From Utricularia gibba (Eukaryota > Plantae > Magnoliophyta), in NCBI GenBank assembly GCA_002189035.1, contig CM007990.1, positions 5,766,001-5,830,000 on the forward strand: a DNA stretch of 64,000 bases. The letters run 5' to 3'. Within the stretch, counting starts at the first letter, position 1, and each line of letters starts with the position of its first letter. Of the stretch, positions 24,085 through 37,001 are shown one piece after another. The notes below the pieces were generated by a model. The model was not told the DNA's origin, made no database searches, and saw only the letters and a program-made list of their open reading frames with translations. A program made the translations under genes and the position numbers.

Positions 24085-26950
24085 GAGCTGCGGCATGGAG
24101 ACACACAGCTCTGGAAACCCACCTCAATCCCCAGACACCACCACCACCATCTTGTATGTTCTGTAGCTCTTATGCTTCAGTTTTGCTTATGATCTGGTGT
24201 GATCAGAAGAACAAGCCAATGTAGGTATTCCCATGCATGAAAATCAAAATACTACCCACAAATTAATAATACTTATATAATTATATTTATATGATATTAT
24301 TTGTTTTAGATATTAAATTTTAAAGATTCTCAATTATACATATTTTATAATTATTATAGTATCAACTTGTTATAGCAGGGTTTTCTATTTTAGATGGATA
24401 GTTATTCATGAGTATTAATCCTATATGCAATATTCTACCTTACAGTTACTTAAAGTTTAGAGTTTAGAGTTTAAGGTTCAGTGTTTAAAATTTAGAATGT
24501 TTTTCTTGGTAGATTCATGTGTAATACTTATACCATTTGGACCAGGATTTAAGATCTTTTTAGATTATGTTACATTTTGGAATCTATTGTTAGTTTAAGG
24601 AAAAAAAAAATGTGATGAAGGAATTTCAAAAGATGGTGGGCCCCACTATTTCTTCATGTCATAATTAATTATTAATTAAATAATTAATTCATCACCAAGT
24701 TTTACTTTTTTTGTTTTTTTTTTCAAATTTGATGGGCTGTGTGCCCCTTTGTTCTTCTGACTAAACCCTGGAAAATTCCTCTGAGTATGATTATCCTCAT
24801 TAATGACATTGGCCTCCCACCTCTTTCTCCCCCTTTGACTTCCACAATTTTCATTCCACAATATTCTCCAAATAGATTCCAATGCCAAATAAGATATCAT
24901 TTTTCCATTTCACACACAAAGACGAACTATTGACATTAAGAATGGTTATCTTTTACATATATAAGAGTGGAGATGATCATTTTTCAAAAACAAAAAATGA
25001 ATAATTTCGGATTCGTATTTCAGCCATCATCCAAAGTGAGAAATAGTGACAAAGGTATCACATATCACATAGTAAACCACCTTAGTGAGTGCGTTCTTAT
25101 GATTCCATAGCATATGTTATGTCATATTTTCTAAATTAACCGTCGCTATTAGGGTTGAGAATCGAAATACCGAATAGACGCGGAGAACAAAAACTTGATC
25201 AAGAAGGAATTGGGTTCCATTCAAAAGCTCGAGAGTTGAAAAAATAGGTTAAGATTCAACGTTCAAGGAGCGTCATTGTATACGCACGCACATGTAAAGA
25301 GCACAGTGGCATTATGTGTGCCCCAAGGGAGCTAGCTGTGTCTGTTTCAAAGCGAATGTTAGAGCTTTCACCACGTGTTCATATTGAATTGGACAGGTGG
25401 GAAGCCACATGTGACGGAATTCGTGTCGTGAATTGATTCGTCTGTCTGGATAATGGCCCTGTGATTTGAACAGTAGCATTCCCATGTCGGAGGAGCAACT
25501 CGCAGAGGGTGGTTTCGTCAGCATTCCCCTTCTTTTCTTCTCCGGAAAAGCTGGGGTTTCTCGTTTTCCGGCACTGCCCCTTTGGATAACGCTGACGGAG
25601 ATGTGAGCAGTATCCGATTGGCCGACGTGATCTCCAGAAAAGAAGGTGTTGGCCACTAATTTCCTCCATCATGCCGCCTTCCGACACCCCATTTCGTCAC
25701 TTAGCATCATTTTCCTACATCACACGTCTGCTAATCCCCACCACCTCTGCTTTCTGTCGAGGACACTCCATCTCTCCACGCGTTAGTCCCCATTATCATT
25801 ACTGTGCTTCTGTATGAATGCCAAAAAGAAAATGGACCTCCACCTTTGACGCCAGCGTAGCCCTACCTCCCTATTTGGATCGGATGACGCTCCTTGAGAT
25901 TCCCTCTTCCACGGGGAACTCATCTCCATCATCTGATATCCCCTCCGAGCACTCTTTTGGTGAAGGGTTTCTGGTAACCACTCCGTCCACCCAGTCTGCT
26001 ACCAAAGGGAAGCCCATAATCAGTCCATTTTCCGGCAGCCTTCCGCCATTGACTCGGCGTGACCACGAAGAGAACAGCAAGTCAGATGATGCCGCGGCGG
26101 CTCTGCACAGCAGGCTGCAAAATTGACTTCAATCAGCGATTAATCACCAACTAATGACGCCATTAAGTCTTGTTTGTTCGCTAATCAGCTGCCCGGACAC
26201 ATGTGGGCCCAGAGCCGCACGCGGGTGAGGCTCCGCCACGTGGCTTGCGTCTACCCTGTAGGATGGCAGCGGCCTTTTTTATTGGTGGATTAATTTAGAG
26301 AATAAATGTCAATGCAATTGCAATGATAATGACATTTTTTTTCATCTTCCATAAATAGTAAATATTATTGAAATTAGATACTTGATGGATCATACTTGAA
26401 GCGAAAGTATATAATAAACGTAAATCATGTTATAATATCTTATATATTCTTCTTTTTTTGTGAATAGAAAATTCTTTAGGGGTGTGATGGTGTTTCATAA
26501 TCTTTTATATCTATATGAAATAATTAACTTAATAAAAAAATAGTTGTATTTAATAAAAAAAACTATTTTTATTTTGAAGCGCACATTTATTCGCGTATCT
26601 TGGTGCTCGCTCATAGGACACCAGAAAAAAATACATAATTATAATTATAATTATAAGGAAATCTAGTAGGTGTAGTAGAATTAAGTGTAGTCGGCGAGGA
26701 AGGAATTGAAATTGACCCTTGGGAATAAAAAAATAAAAAAATAAAAAGAAAAACAAATGTGAAATGCCACGTGTGGATATCCTATTGGGCACACGAAAAG
26801 GCAGAAGGAATATAAAATGGGGGGGACATTACCAACCAACTACCCACCGAAATGCACTTGCAGAGCAGCCCCACAACTGCAAAAGAGAGCTCCGATATTC
26901 ACGAACCTTCCTCCTCCTCCTCCTCTCCGCCGCCGCAGGGAGGGAGATCG

Positions 26951-28092
26951 ATGGAGAATTCTGCCCTCCCCTCGCAGCAGCCGACGAGGCGCTCGCGATT
27001 CAAGAGGATTTGCGTCTTCTGCGGCAGCCGGTCGGGGAGGAATCCCAGATATCAGCACGCCGCCGTGCAGCTTGGAAAAGAGCTCGTAATGTTTCTTCCG
27101 CTTACTTAGAAGGAAGGGTGTAGGTTTTTATGGAGGAACTGTGGAGTCTAAGCTCGGTTTTTTTAGTTTTTTTTTGTGTTAATATGTCTGTAATAAACAA
27201 ATGGAATTTAAGTACGGACAACGTCAGGTTGACAGAGAGATAGATTTGGTTTACGGCGGAGGGAGCATCGGGCTGATGGGACTGGTTTCGCAGGCGGTCT
27301 ACAACGGCGGCCGCCACGTGTTAGGGTAACTAAATAAATTAATAAAGATTGTGTTTTTCCTCTTAACCACCTTGCAGTATAACAGTACTATTCCATTCAC
27401 ACATCGGATTCTTTTGGCAGAGTAATCCCGGTAACGCTGATGCCTAGAGAGGTAAGCATTAGGAATCACCTCTCACCTTGTTGAGGATGCGAACCTTTCT
27501 GAGTAGTGAAATCGTGGTTTCAGCTCACCGGAGAAACCGTCGGAGAGGTCAGGGCTGTTTCCGGCATGCACCAACGGAAGGCCGAGATGGCTAGGCAAGC
27601 CGACGCCTTCATCGCCTTGCCGGGTAATTCTTTCCTTCTTTTAGTTCCAATTATAAACATCACCCACCTCGGCTCCCCCTTCCAGTCAGAAGTCAGATCT
27701 TCTTCCACAGGTGGGTACGGAACCCTGGAAGAGCTACTGGAGGTAATCACCTGGGCGCAGCTCGGAATCCACAGCAAACCGGTAACCTTGCTGTCCCTTT
27801 ACTTTCCCCTTTTCACCAGCAGGCCCATTTACTCTCCGGCGACCAGGTGGGTTTGCTCAACGTCGACGGGTTCTACAACTCCCTGCTCTGCTTCATCGAC
27901 AAAGCAGTCGACGAGGATTTCATCACGCCCGCCGCCCGCCACATTATCGTCTCAGCCCCGACTGCCCACGAACTCATGTCCAAGCTCGAGGAGTACGTCC
28001 CAAGCCGCGACGAGATCGTGTCGGAATTGAGTTGGGAAGACGATGGAGCGGCATGGGTGGACGACGGCGAGCTTCTCATTCCCGAGGACTGA
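26951..28092 (+). CDS. LOG: LONELY GUY cytokinin riboside 5'-monophosphate phosphoribohydrolase; 6 exons
   Basis: [43 protein letters not shown]+[20 protein letters not shown], and [13 protein letters not shown]. Confidence 0.96.
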
Positions 28093-29077
28093 CAGTTCCG
28101 CGTCATCCGGAGGTGGAAAGCTTGCAGCGGAGGAGGCGGAATCCGACAAGGCTCGTGGTTGACGGAGTTAATACGTAAAGTTGACCACGTCATGTGTAGC
28201 AGGCAGCTAGTGGGAATCTTAGATGGTGGATTCAATTTTCCCATTTCCCTTGCTTAACCATTAATTACATAATTACGATTTTAATATCACAATTAAAACT
28301 ACGGAAAATACGTCAAAAATATCATTACTGTAGCAGTAATCACCAATTACTCTGATAATTGATTATCCCCTGACTTTTATCATTATTAAATATATATTTT
28401 TAAGATAAAAGTAAGTGTAAATACCTTGTTATTATATACAAAATTAAAGTAAAATATAATGCATAGAGTTATTTAAAATATTAAATTTATAAATTGTTTG
28501 TTTATATCAATTTGATTTACAAAATATACCATTAATAGCTCATAAATTGTGTATTTTCTAATAATTTTGATGATGAGCTTTCGGTTTATTTAAATTGTTT
28601 TTATATTTATTCGAATACCCTAAAATGCGATACATTTATAGCATATTGAGAATGAGGATGAAGGGGGTTTTGGGCTGCGACTGGGCCGGTTTGCAGATAA
28701 ATGGGCGCTTTGTGGAGCCCAGCAAGTTTATAGCGTCGGCAGCAGAGCCAGCCCGTACCGATTTTCTCCCGGCGATTAGTAATTTTCTAGGTCAGACCCT
28801 GTCTTTGGTTTTTCAAGATCGAATCCTTTGCATATGTGGTATTAACTGCACTTGGTTTTCCATCGTTGGTTTGTTAGATAGGCTGTAATGCTGTGCATTT
28901 CTTTCCATTTGCACAGGTTTCAATACGGGTTTTCGGGAGCAGAATGTAAAATTAAGTGCAATCCCTAATCTTAGATTGGAATCGTTTTAAGTTTTGATTG
29001 AATGGTTTATGATGATTTTGGTAGTGATTGACTGTGTTGTGGCTGTTTTTGCTGGACAGGTTTGTGCTAATTAATTG

Positions 29078-30291
29078 ATGTTTTATGGAGCTGTGAAATC
29101 TGGAAGGGTTGATCCTAGAGGTCTTGAATCCTTCTGTGCTCTAATTTCTTCTGCTTCGATTTGTTTGAGAGGTTTATGCACTATGAAGAAACCCAAGTTT
29201 GACGAGTCACTTGCTGCATCAGCAATGTCCCTAGAAAAATCATCTTTTGTGCCGTCAGTAGTAACAAGAATTGGTCAGCAGTGTTCTTCATCCAAGGCTG
29301 AAGCAACCCCAGAAATCGAGAAAAACCATGTTCATCGTGTGTACGATGCAATTGCTCCACATTTTAGTTCTACCCGTTTTGCCAAGTGGCCAAAAGTTCA
29401 AACCTTTCTGAACTCATTGCCCCGTGGTTCGCTTATTCTGGACGCTGGATGTGGGAATGGAAAATATCTGGGGTTAAATACTAATTGCTACTACATAGGA
29501 TGCGACATCAGCTCTCCCCTGGTTCACATATGTGCGGACAAGGGAAACGAAGTCCTGGTTGCTGATGCAGTGAATCTCCCTTACCGGTCAGGATATGGTG
29601 ATGCTGCCATTTCTATTGCAGTACTGCACCATTTGAGCACTGAACTTAGGAGAAAAAGAGCTGTCGAGGAACTGATCCGTGTTGTTAAACCTGGGGGTGT
29701 CGTCCTGATAACGGTTTGGGCCAGGGAACAAGAGGACGAATCTCTGATAACCAAATGGACTCCTCTGACTCACAAGTATACAGAAGATTGGGTAGGATCC
29801 AGTAGCCCTCGGACTCACACTGGTTCGCCTTCCTTTTCCCTACAGACCATCCCGGAAAGTGAGGAGAGCTTCACCCCAGAGCCATTGGGATGTTTTCTCA
29901 AGGAACGCTTGGATGAAACATCTCAAGAGGATCATGCAAAGAGAACGAGTAACAGTACATGCCAACAAGAGTATCTTGTCCCATGGCATTTACCCTATCA
30001 TCGAGCAGAAGTGAGTGGTGCTTCCGCCACCGCCATGTCGAATGGTTTGGCGAGGAAAGACGACAAGAAGGGTGCAGTTGTGTACGACAGATACTACCAT
30101 GTTTTCAGTGAAGGTGAACTCGAAAGGTGAGACCCCCTCTGTTGCAAAGCTTGCTCTTTTACCCGCTTAATCTTCAATGATGATTCCCCCTCTGCAGGTT
30201 AGTGAGCTGCGTTGATGGCGCCATTGTGGTTGACAAGTTCTATGACAAGTCTAATTGGTGCATCATCCTCAAGAAGCTCTGTTCTGAATGA
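29078..30291 (+). CDS. TRM9: tRNA carboxymethyluridine(34) methyltransferase, TRM9/ALKBH8 methyltransferase domain; 2 exons; start codon uncertain (29078 or 29183)
   Basis: HVHRVYDAIAPHFSSTRFAKWPKV, LDAGCGNGKY, SIAVLHHLS, YDRYYHVFSEGELER, and a last exon ending DKSNWCII. Confidence 0.92.
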
Positions 30292-30574
30292 TTCCGTCGA
30301 TTTGTTCCGGCATAAACGTCGACATTTGTGGGAGTTGATTGTATTGCAGTTTAAACAAACGAAGGAAGAAATTGCACTGAAACATGAGGAGGCATACTAT
30401 AGCAAAAGAAGGCCACAACTATCAGCACAACAACACATCATTATTGTTTCCAACTTGAAGAATATCCAGGCGTTTATTTATTCATAGTATACTTCAATGA
30501 CAGCAGCAGCAGCAGCAAACGGGGAGTAGCAAGCAAGCAGGCAAGATTCTCAGGTGGAGGGGATGGCTCCATCC

Positions 30575-31142
30575 TCAGGGGCACTTCGGCCTGCCGCCGT
30601 GAGTTATCTGAGAGGCCCAGCAGGGGCAGAGTTTCTGGTTACCGGAAGTTCCCGGCGGGACGCAGTTGCAGCGCGCGCAGCAGGTGCCGCAAGCTCTGTA
30701 GCACACGTTCTTCCTCGACACCAAAGCGCATCTTTCCACGCACGCGGACCCGCAATCTTGAAGCCAAAGCACACAAAGTATTCTATTCATGAATGAACAT
30801 GCACCAGCCAGGTTGAAGCTCAGTGTGTGAAGATGAATCAGATACAAACTCACCTATTTTGGCTTCAGAAATCCCTCCAGTGGCATTCACCGGCGGCGTC
30901 TCCAACTCAGTGAAATTCTGCAAACAAAAGTTTGATCATCAAAACCTGAATAACATGCTTCTTGACAACACAGACTGTGCTGGTTAGTTTATCGCATGAT
31001 GTGTGTGGTGTGATGGATGAAGAAGAGTTATGGGGTTTCATATATGACAAAAAAGATGGGCACTTACAGTAGAAGCTGCTTGAGACAGAACCATGAAGGC
31101 GAGGAGGAAGAGAGCGACGAGGAGCCTGGAAACGACGGCCAT
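30575..31142 (-). CDS. GASA: GASA/snakin cysteine-rich secreted peptide; 3 exons
   Basis: Signal peptide MAVVSRLLVALFLLAFMVLSQAAS and a 12-Cys C-terminal domain ending CPCWASQITHGGRPKCP. Confidence 0.95.
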
Positions 31143-32571
31143 TTGTGTCGTAAGAAAGAACTTGGTGGTGTTAGGGGAAGAGAGGAATGTCTAATATTTG
31201 TAGGCAAGAAAAAATTTAACAAAAAAAGAAAAAATGGAAATATAATCATTTTAATATTTGATTTTCATGCTGAAAATTAGATTTTCACAAAATACATAAT
31301 CTAAAAAAAAAAGATTTACTGAATGCGTAATAAAATTTTTGTGTTTACGTTTTTCATCAGTACTAAACATATCACTATATATATAATACGTATTAACATA
31401 ATTTTTATGAGATAACATATTAATATAATGTTTCGACGAAGTATTTGATGAAAAATTAGATTCAGATAAAAGAAGTTAGATAAAAATCTTAATCGGATTT
31501 TCATGGATTCATAGTCACATCTTGTGTTGTGCAGACGGAATGGACCTCGGGTCGTGCCCGTATCCAACTGAAGCATGGGTCGGGTCAAATTCGGGCATCG
31601 GTGTCCTAAACCTAATTAATTATCACAAAGCTGCGTGGACTAATCATTGCGAGAATGCCACTTGCTCCGTCGCAGCAAGAAGCGGCAGAAAACGACGAAG
31701 ACGCTTCTGAAGAAGAGCTGAACATCAAGGTGAGCAAAACCTCGTTTGATTTCTAGGGATTGGAAGATAATGCGAGTGTTTTTGACGGACGGACACCTTG
31801 GGAGCAGGCGTTCCTCCTTTTTTGGACAAATAAATATGCGTCGGGGTCAGTTTCACTCCGCGATCGAGCTATTAGCTGTCGACCGCGGTGGAGGAAAGCA
31901 ACATTCAGGGGTAGACCCCCTGGATGATTAAGGAAGTCTCGATTAGCGTGGGGAGGTGTCAATGCAAGTGTAGTAGTGTCATGGATGGTCGGCATCGCAG
32001 AATTGGGGACAGCTCATGAGACTAAGACCACCGGTTTGTCCTAATCTTTTACTACTCTAGTGCCCGAGTCAAGAGTAGGTAGACAGATGGAAAGGAAAAG
32101 AAAGCAAAGTGGGGGTATGCCGTTTGATGTAGTGTTCTGGAATGAATACCGACTTCTGTCAGTTTTGAGGCCCATATAACCTCTGTGCATCAGATGCAGA
32201 AGAGGCTGTGCCTGTCGCTCTGTTTGCTCCAACTATGATGATGGTCTTGTTATGTACGTAGTTATAGGGTTGTGCGCAAAGGGTTCAAAATGCACATGGA
32301 CGTTCAGGGAGAGAGCAAGCTCATGAGTGGTAAACTTGGATAAATTGATAGAGCAATCAATACTACTACACTTTGAAATGTCTTTGCAAAGCACCCACGG
32401 CAGCACAGCCAAGTTGTCAAACGAATTAAAACTAGCTGTGTTTCTACAGGTAAACTCTCTCGGTGATTCATGCTGGTGATACCCCCTCGTTATTCTCTCA
32501 GCCAACAATGTCCCCCGTCCTGTCCAGCCGAGGCTGCTGTGTAACATTCTCTCTATCTAGGAGCAGCTGTA

Positions 32572-35463
32572 TCACTTCCATGGAGGGGTGTGATGTTTAA
32601 AAGGATACGGTTCCCATGCGTTTTCGGGCTCCTTACGCTTTCCAGTAAGGAATGAACTAAAGGGTACAGAGTTTGGCCGAAGATGCTCCTCGGATGGCCG
32701 AGCCTGACCCAAGTTCAGGAACTGTGTGAAGCCAGCAGGGTCCCTGCTTCCTCCACCCTCAACCATAGATCCACTACTGGGATCGAAATTGCCCCGCAGT
32801 GGGGAGATGGGTGCAAGCCCATTGTAAGAACCCTGACCTGGTGGCATGTTCATGAATAGTGGTATCTGAGAGAACCCATTGGGCAATGTGGAAGGAGGGG
32901 CTATGATCTGAGGGATGACCGGTGCTCCTGTGGAGTCTACCATGTAAGGAATGGGTCCTCCAGGAGCATACATTGTAGAGGCGTAAGGCATAGCAGGGGT
33001 AGGAGCTATGTTTTGGTAACTGTAACCTGGAAAACGGTTGTAGGGAAGCACAGATCCAGTTCCCAAGAAGCTTCCACCCCTTCCCATGTTGACGACATCA
33101 AATGACAGTTCTGGCATTGGCAAACCAGGAGTGGATGGACCTGGAGAAACAAACTCATTCCGATTGACCTTTACTCTTGTGCCCATTATAGAAATGACAG
33201 AGTCATCTGGTTTCATCCCTCCAGGGACTTTGACGGTCTGAAGTGGCTTGCTCAAACTGGAACGATCTGAAACGTCACCGAGGAAAGAGGGTTGATCATT
33301 CAAATCAAAACTCATTAACAAAGGCTGTTGTGTTGTTGCTGCCTGAGACTGACCAGAGCTGTTTCCCCGAGGAAACTGACCAATGTGTAAATCTGAAGGG
33401 CAAGTACTGTCATCACTACAGCAGTTCAAATCCAGCTTGAATCGTTCAGATCTTGTTTGACTTGTTTCCAGGGAGCATTCCCCAGAAGGAATGCTCGACA
33501 AAGTGGCAAGTTTCTTATCTGGTAATGTGGCCCCAGCTTTTCCATCAGTAGTCTCCATTGTATTCAAGTCTATATCAAGACAGTCTTGCCTTTGCTTTGG
33601 ATTTGCAATGCTCCTGCCAGAAGAGATATCCCTATCATTTCCCAGCTTTTTCAGGCACATGGGGTGAAGAGCACTCGTCGATGCAGAACCATTCCATCCT
33701 GTGATTCCATCAGACTGAAGGGGGACAACAGGAACCCCAGGCGTTCCAACTTCTCCTGATGCTGAAATCACTGAAGCTGTGGCCACAAGGTGATCAGCAG
33801 GTCCATCAACATCTTCGGATGAAAGTTCTTGATTCAGATCGAAATTGCAAAAGGGCTTTTCAGTGTTCGCTTCTTGAGATACTTCAGTTACTAAGGAATT
33901 CTCCATTTCCTGCCCTTCGTTTGCCTGATCGACCTCTGGATTCTCAATACTACTTGAAGATTCTTCTCTCAATAATGAAGTCTCATCAGACAAATCAGTG
34001 TCATAAGCTCCCTTGTGTGAGCCCTGACTGGTCTTGGATTGCCTTGCACTTTCAGAATTTGGGCTATGTTGCTGCTTTTCATTTTCTTCAGCAAGTTTTT
34101 CAGAAGAACTACAACTTTGATCCCTAGATTCTACAACTTCCCTTTGCACTTCTATGGCAACTTGCCTGGCAAGTTCTAGAGGATCTACAATTCCATAGAT
34201 ATCAATATCATGTATCTTATCCACAGCATTGTGCTCCCTATCAACTTCTTTTTTCATTAGCTTATAGTTCCTTGTGATATTGCCATCACTTACCCGCAGC
34301 TCAGGTTTCTTAGTCTTCAGACGATCTCTTAGTGTTGGTTTGTTCACGTTTTCCCAACTTCTCTGGTCACGAGAGGATTTAACCAATGCAGGATGTTGAA
34401 CTCTTTCTTCCATGGATGAGGGGCTAGAACTTTTACCTAGATTTGCACAGCTGCTATGATCAACAGACTCGTCAACCGTCAAGTTCTGTGAACTGAGCTC
34501 TCTTCCTGATGTCATTGGATCACATGATGCAGAACCCAAACAAAGACGGTTGTCACTTGATAATTTCAATCCTTCAACTACTCCTGTATCTGGTGATGAC
34601 GTAGCAGGTGCTAAGGTATTTTTAGTATCTGTGGTTGAAGGGATTTCAGCAACAACATTACCATCAGCACATGCACCACATGATTCAGTGGGATTCACAG
34701 CAGAACTGCATGGAGGCATTAAGAGAGGTAAACTAGCATGAACCGAAGGTTGGTCAGTACCAGGTGAGCTATGAACCTTATCAGGATCTTGCGTAGCTTC
34801 AATTTTTCTAGGACTCATTTCATGAAAACTTTCAGACATCTCGTCACCCCTTGTAGCTTCATCCTTCACCCCCTTAATAGACATGTCCAAAGGAGACGAC
34901 TTTTCACCCTCATCAGATACCAAATTCCCAAGACTTCCCTCAGCATCTCCAAGTTTCTGAATGCTTCTCTCTGTTAAAGCTTCAACATCATGCGAAGGGG
35001 ATGCATCCACAGATTTTCTGCTTTCCCATGTATCAAATACGATTTGAGCTTTTTCCTGTACCTTCGAATTGCTGTGAACAAGAAGCCCCTTCACAATGGC
35101 CCAAAGATCACTTGAAACCTGCTTTTCGTTCTCAATATGAAGCTTCTCAAGCGCCTGCAGCAAATGAACAATTGCATCTTCCAAGCAGCTGTCAGTTGAG
35201 CTAGTTGCGAATTTGACAGTATCTTTCAGCCATTTTCCGAAAAACTGAAGACCATCCAAATGAAGGAAAAGAGAGATACATTCCCGGTTATCTGTTGCAG
35301 CTATCGCACAGGCAACTGCTGACCACTGCCTGGTGGCTTCACCAGCATCATTCACCACAGAATCACTCTCTTTCTGAATGACATCCACTAGCTCCCTGAC
35401 TCGAGATGGGATTGTAAGCCCACAATTCCTCTCGGTCAACGTAAAGAAATCTTCAAGCATCAT
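32572..35463 (-). CDS. TFIIS N-terminal (LW) domain protein with a long low-complexity C-terminus; single coding exon
   Basis: MMLEDFFTLTE...RQWSAVA..IAATDNRECI.LF..LDGL.F..KWLKD N-terminal domain, several DLN (EAR-like) motifs, and a C-terminal KRKEPE..WEPY motif. Confidence 0.82.
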   Translation of the reverse strand: MMLEDFFTLTERNCGLTIPSRVRELVDVIQKESDSVVNDAGEATRQWSAVACAIAATDNRECISLFLHLDGLQFFGKWLKDTVKFATSSTDSCLEDAIVHLLQALEKLHIENEKQVSSDLWAIVKGLLVHSNSKVQEKAQIVFDTWESRKSVDASPSHDVEALTERSIQKLGDAEGSLGNLVSDEGEKSSPLDMSIKGVKDEATRGDEMSESFHEMSPRKIEATQDPDKVHSSPGTDQPSVHASLPLLMPPCSSAVNPTESCGACADGNVVAEIPSTTDTKNTLAPATSSPDTGVVEGLKLSSDNRLCLGSASCDPMTSGRELSSQNLTVDESVDHSSCANLGKSSSPSSMEERVQHPALVKSSRDQRSWENVNKPTLRDRLKTKKPELRVSDGNITRNYKLMKKEVDREHNAVDKIHDIDIYGIVDPLELARQVAIEVQREVVESRDQSCSSSEKLAEENEKQQHSPNSESARQSKTSQGSHKGAYDTDLSDETSLLREESSSSIENPEVDQANEGQEMENSLVTEVSQEANTEKPFCNFDLNQELSSEDVDGPADHLVATASVISASGEVGTPGVPVVPLQSDGITGWNGSASTSALHPMCLKKLGNDRDISSGRSIANPKQRQDCLDIDLNTMETTDGKAGATLPDKKLATLSSIPSGECSLETSQTRSERFKLDLNCCSDDSTCPSDLHIGQFPRGNSSGQSQAATTQQPLLMSFDLNDQPSFLGDVSDRSSLSKPLQTVKVPGGMKPDDSVISIMGTRVKVNRNEFVSPGPSTPGLPMPELSFDVVNMGRGGSFLGTGSVLPYNRFPGYSYQNIAPTPAMPYASTMYAPGGPIPYMVDSTGAPVIPQIIAPPSTLPNGFSQIPLFMNMPPGQGSYNGLAPISPLRGNFDPSSGSMVEGGGSRDPAGFTQFLNLGQARPSEEHLRPNSVPFSSFLTGKRKEPENAWEPYPFKHHTPPWK

Positions 35464-37001
35464 GACTGGACACGTGATTCCGGGCTCATTCCCCCATATT
35501 CTCTCCGATTTGATCCCCTGAACAAGCAAAAGAAAGGGCTAAAGCACTTCCAAACAGGAGAATATGTATTACACAAGCCTCCCTTTCAATTAACCTTTTC
35601 ATGCCCATAAAATCAGGCCAATCAAAATAAAACAAGAAAAAACGCATCAGCAACTAACTACACTTGGATTCCAGAAGCACGAATACCAAGGTAGAACATT
35701 TAGGTATCGAGTGTTTCAGCACCACAAATAACCAAAATCCCAGCTCCCAAACTACCAATAACTGCAGGAAAAAAACATCTGAACAACACCCAAACCCTAG
35801 ATGAACCCCCCACATCCCAAATCGAAAAAACACGCAGTTAAATGAAACTGATACACTCCAAATCACCGTACTAAATGCATCAAATACGCAAATCACGAGC
35901 ACCCCAATATCAGAAAATAGCAATACCCCCTCAAAAGGAACACCTTGATCTTAAATAAAAAAATCCCCAGCTCCGAATTCCTTCCCCCACCACCGAAAAA
36001 AATAAAAAACGTCGGAAATCCTTACTCCTCAGAGACAGAAAAAGCAACGCTGTAACGGGACTGGAGTTGCTGACAGAAATTTCCCCTCTGGCTCTGCGTC
36101 CGAGTCCCCTCTCCCCAAGTATTGACACGATTTGGATATTCTCCAGTGAATCCCAAGCATGGTTTTAGAGCACAAGTGGGGAATTCATTTCAATAAAAGA
36201 AAATAACACAACAAATAAAAAAAAAACCCGGCCCTTTTGTCTGCAAACGAATGGTCCGGACTTGGACCGACCATGTCGGGCCACAACAGTGGGCCCGCTA
36301 GGGTTCTGGCATTTCATTTCATCGAATTGTCTTTCCCCGCACATCTGACACATGTTCACTTCTTTCCTTTCATTGGACGTAGACATTCCCGGCCCTTTCT
36401 CATTAAATCCATAATTAATTTATTAGCCCTAAATCAAATTTAAACAATTTTAAAATAGAAAATTATAATATTCATATATAAGTATGATTTAATGTTTTTT
36501 ATAAAAAAAATAAACGATTTAATCACGATTTAAACTATGATAAAACCTCTCGGACCAGAAACCGTTTGTGCTCTGATTTACACAAGATGTGCAATGGCAG
36601 GAGGTAAATGCAACTACATGAATCAACTGTCAATGTGTTGTAAAGAAACAGACACCACGAAGATAGATAGACAGAGAGCGGTCCAACATCTAGGTGAAAG
36701 CAAGGCATAGGCAGTCATGGAGATGTCTATCTAACTCGGTATCCGGTCTAGGTGATGCTGAGGGGCACCACAGAGAGACTGCACTGATGTTTTGGGCGAA
36801 CACTCAGCTGACTTGAGATGAAGATGTAAACCTTCCATGGAAGCTGAAGAATCACATGCCAAGAGTTTGTTAATGAATGAGCTTTGAAGGTGTAAAAATG
36901 GAGATTTCCTCCTGTGATGGTAAAAGGGCAGACAGTGAGAGATACTCATGGAGTGGCGTGCCTTGAGCATTTTGTGGAGTATGATACAGGATGATGATGC
37001 A

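Noticed and set aside
25818-26126. 102-aa plus-strand and 69-aa minus-strand ORFs in the GC-richer island
   Set aside because: Both are low-complexity with no family recognised. The interval is reported as unexplained instead of being called a CDS.
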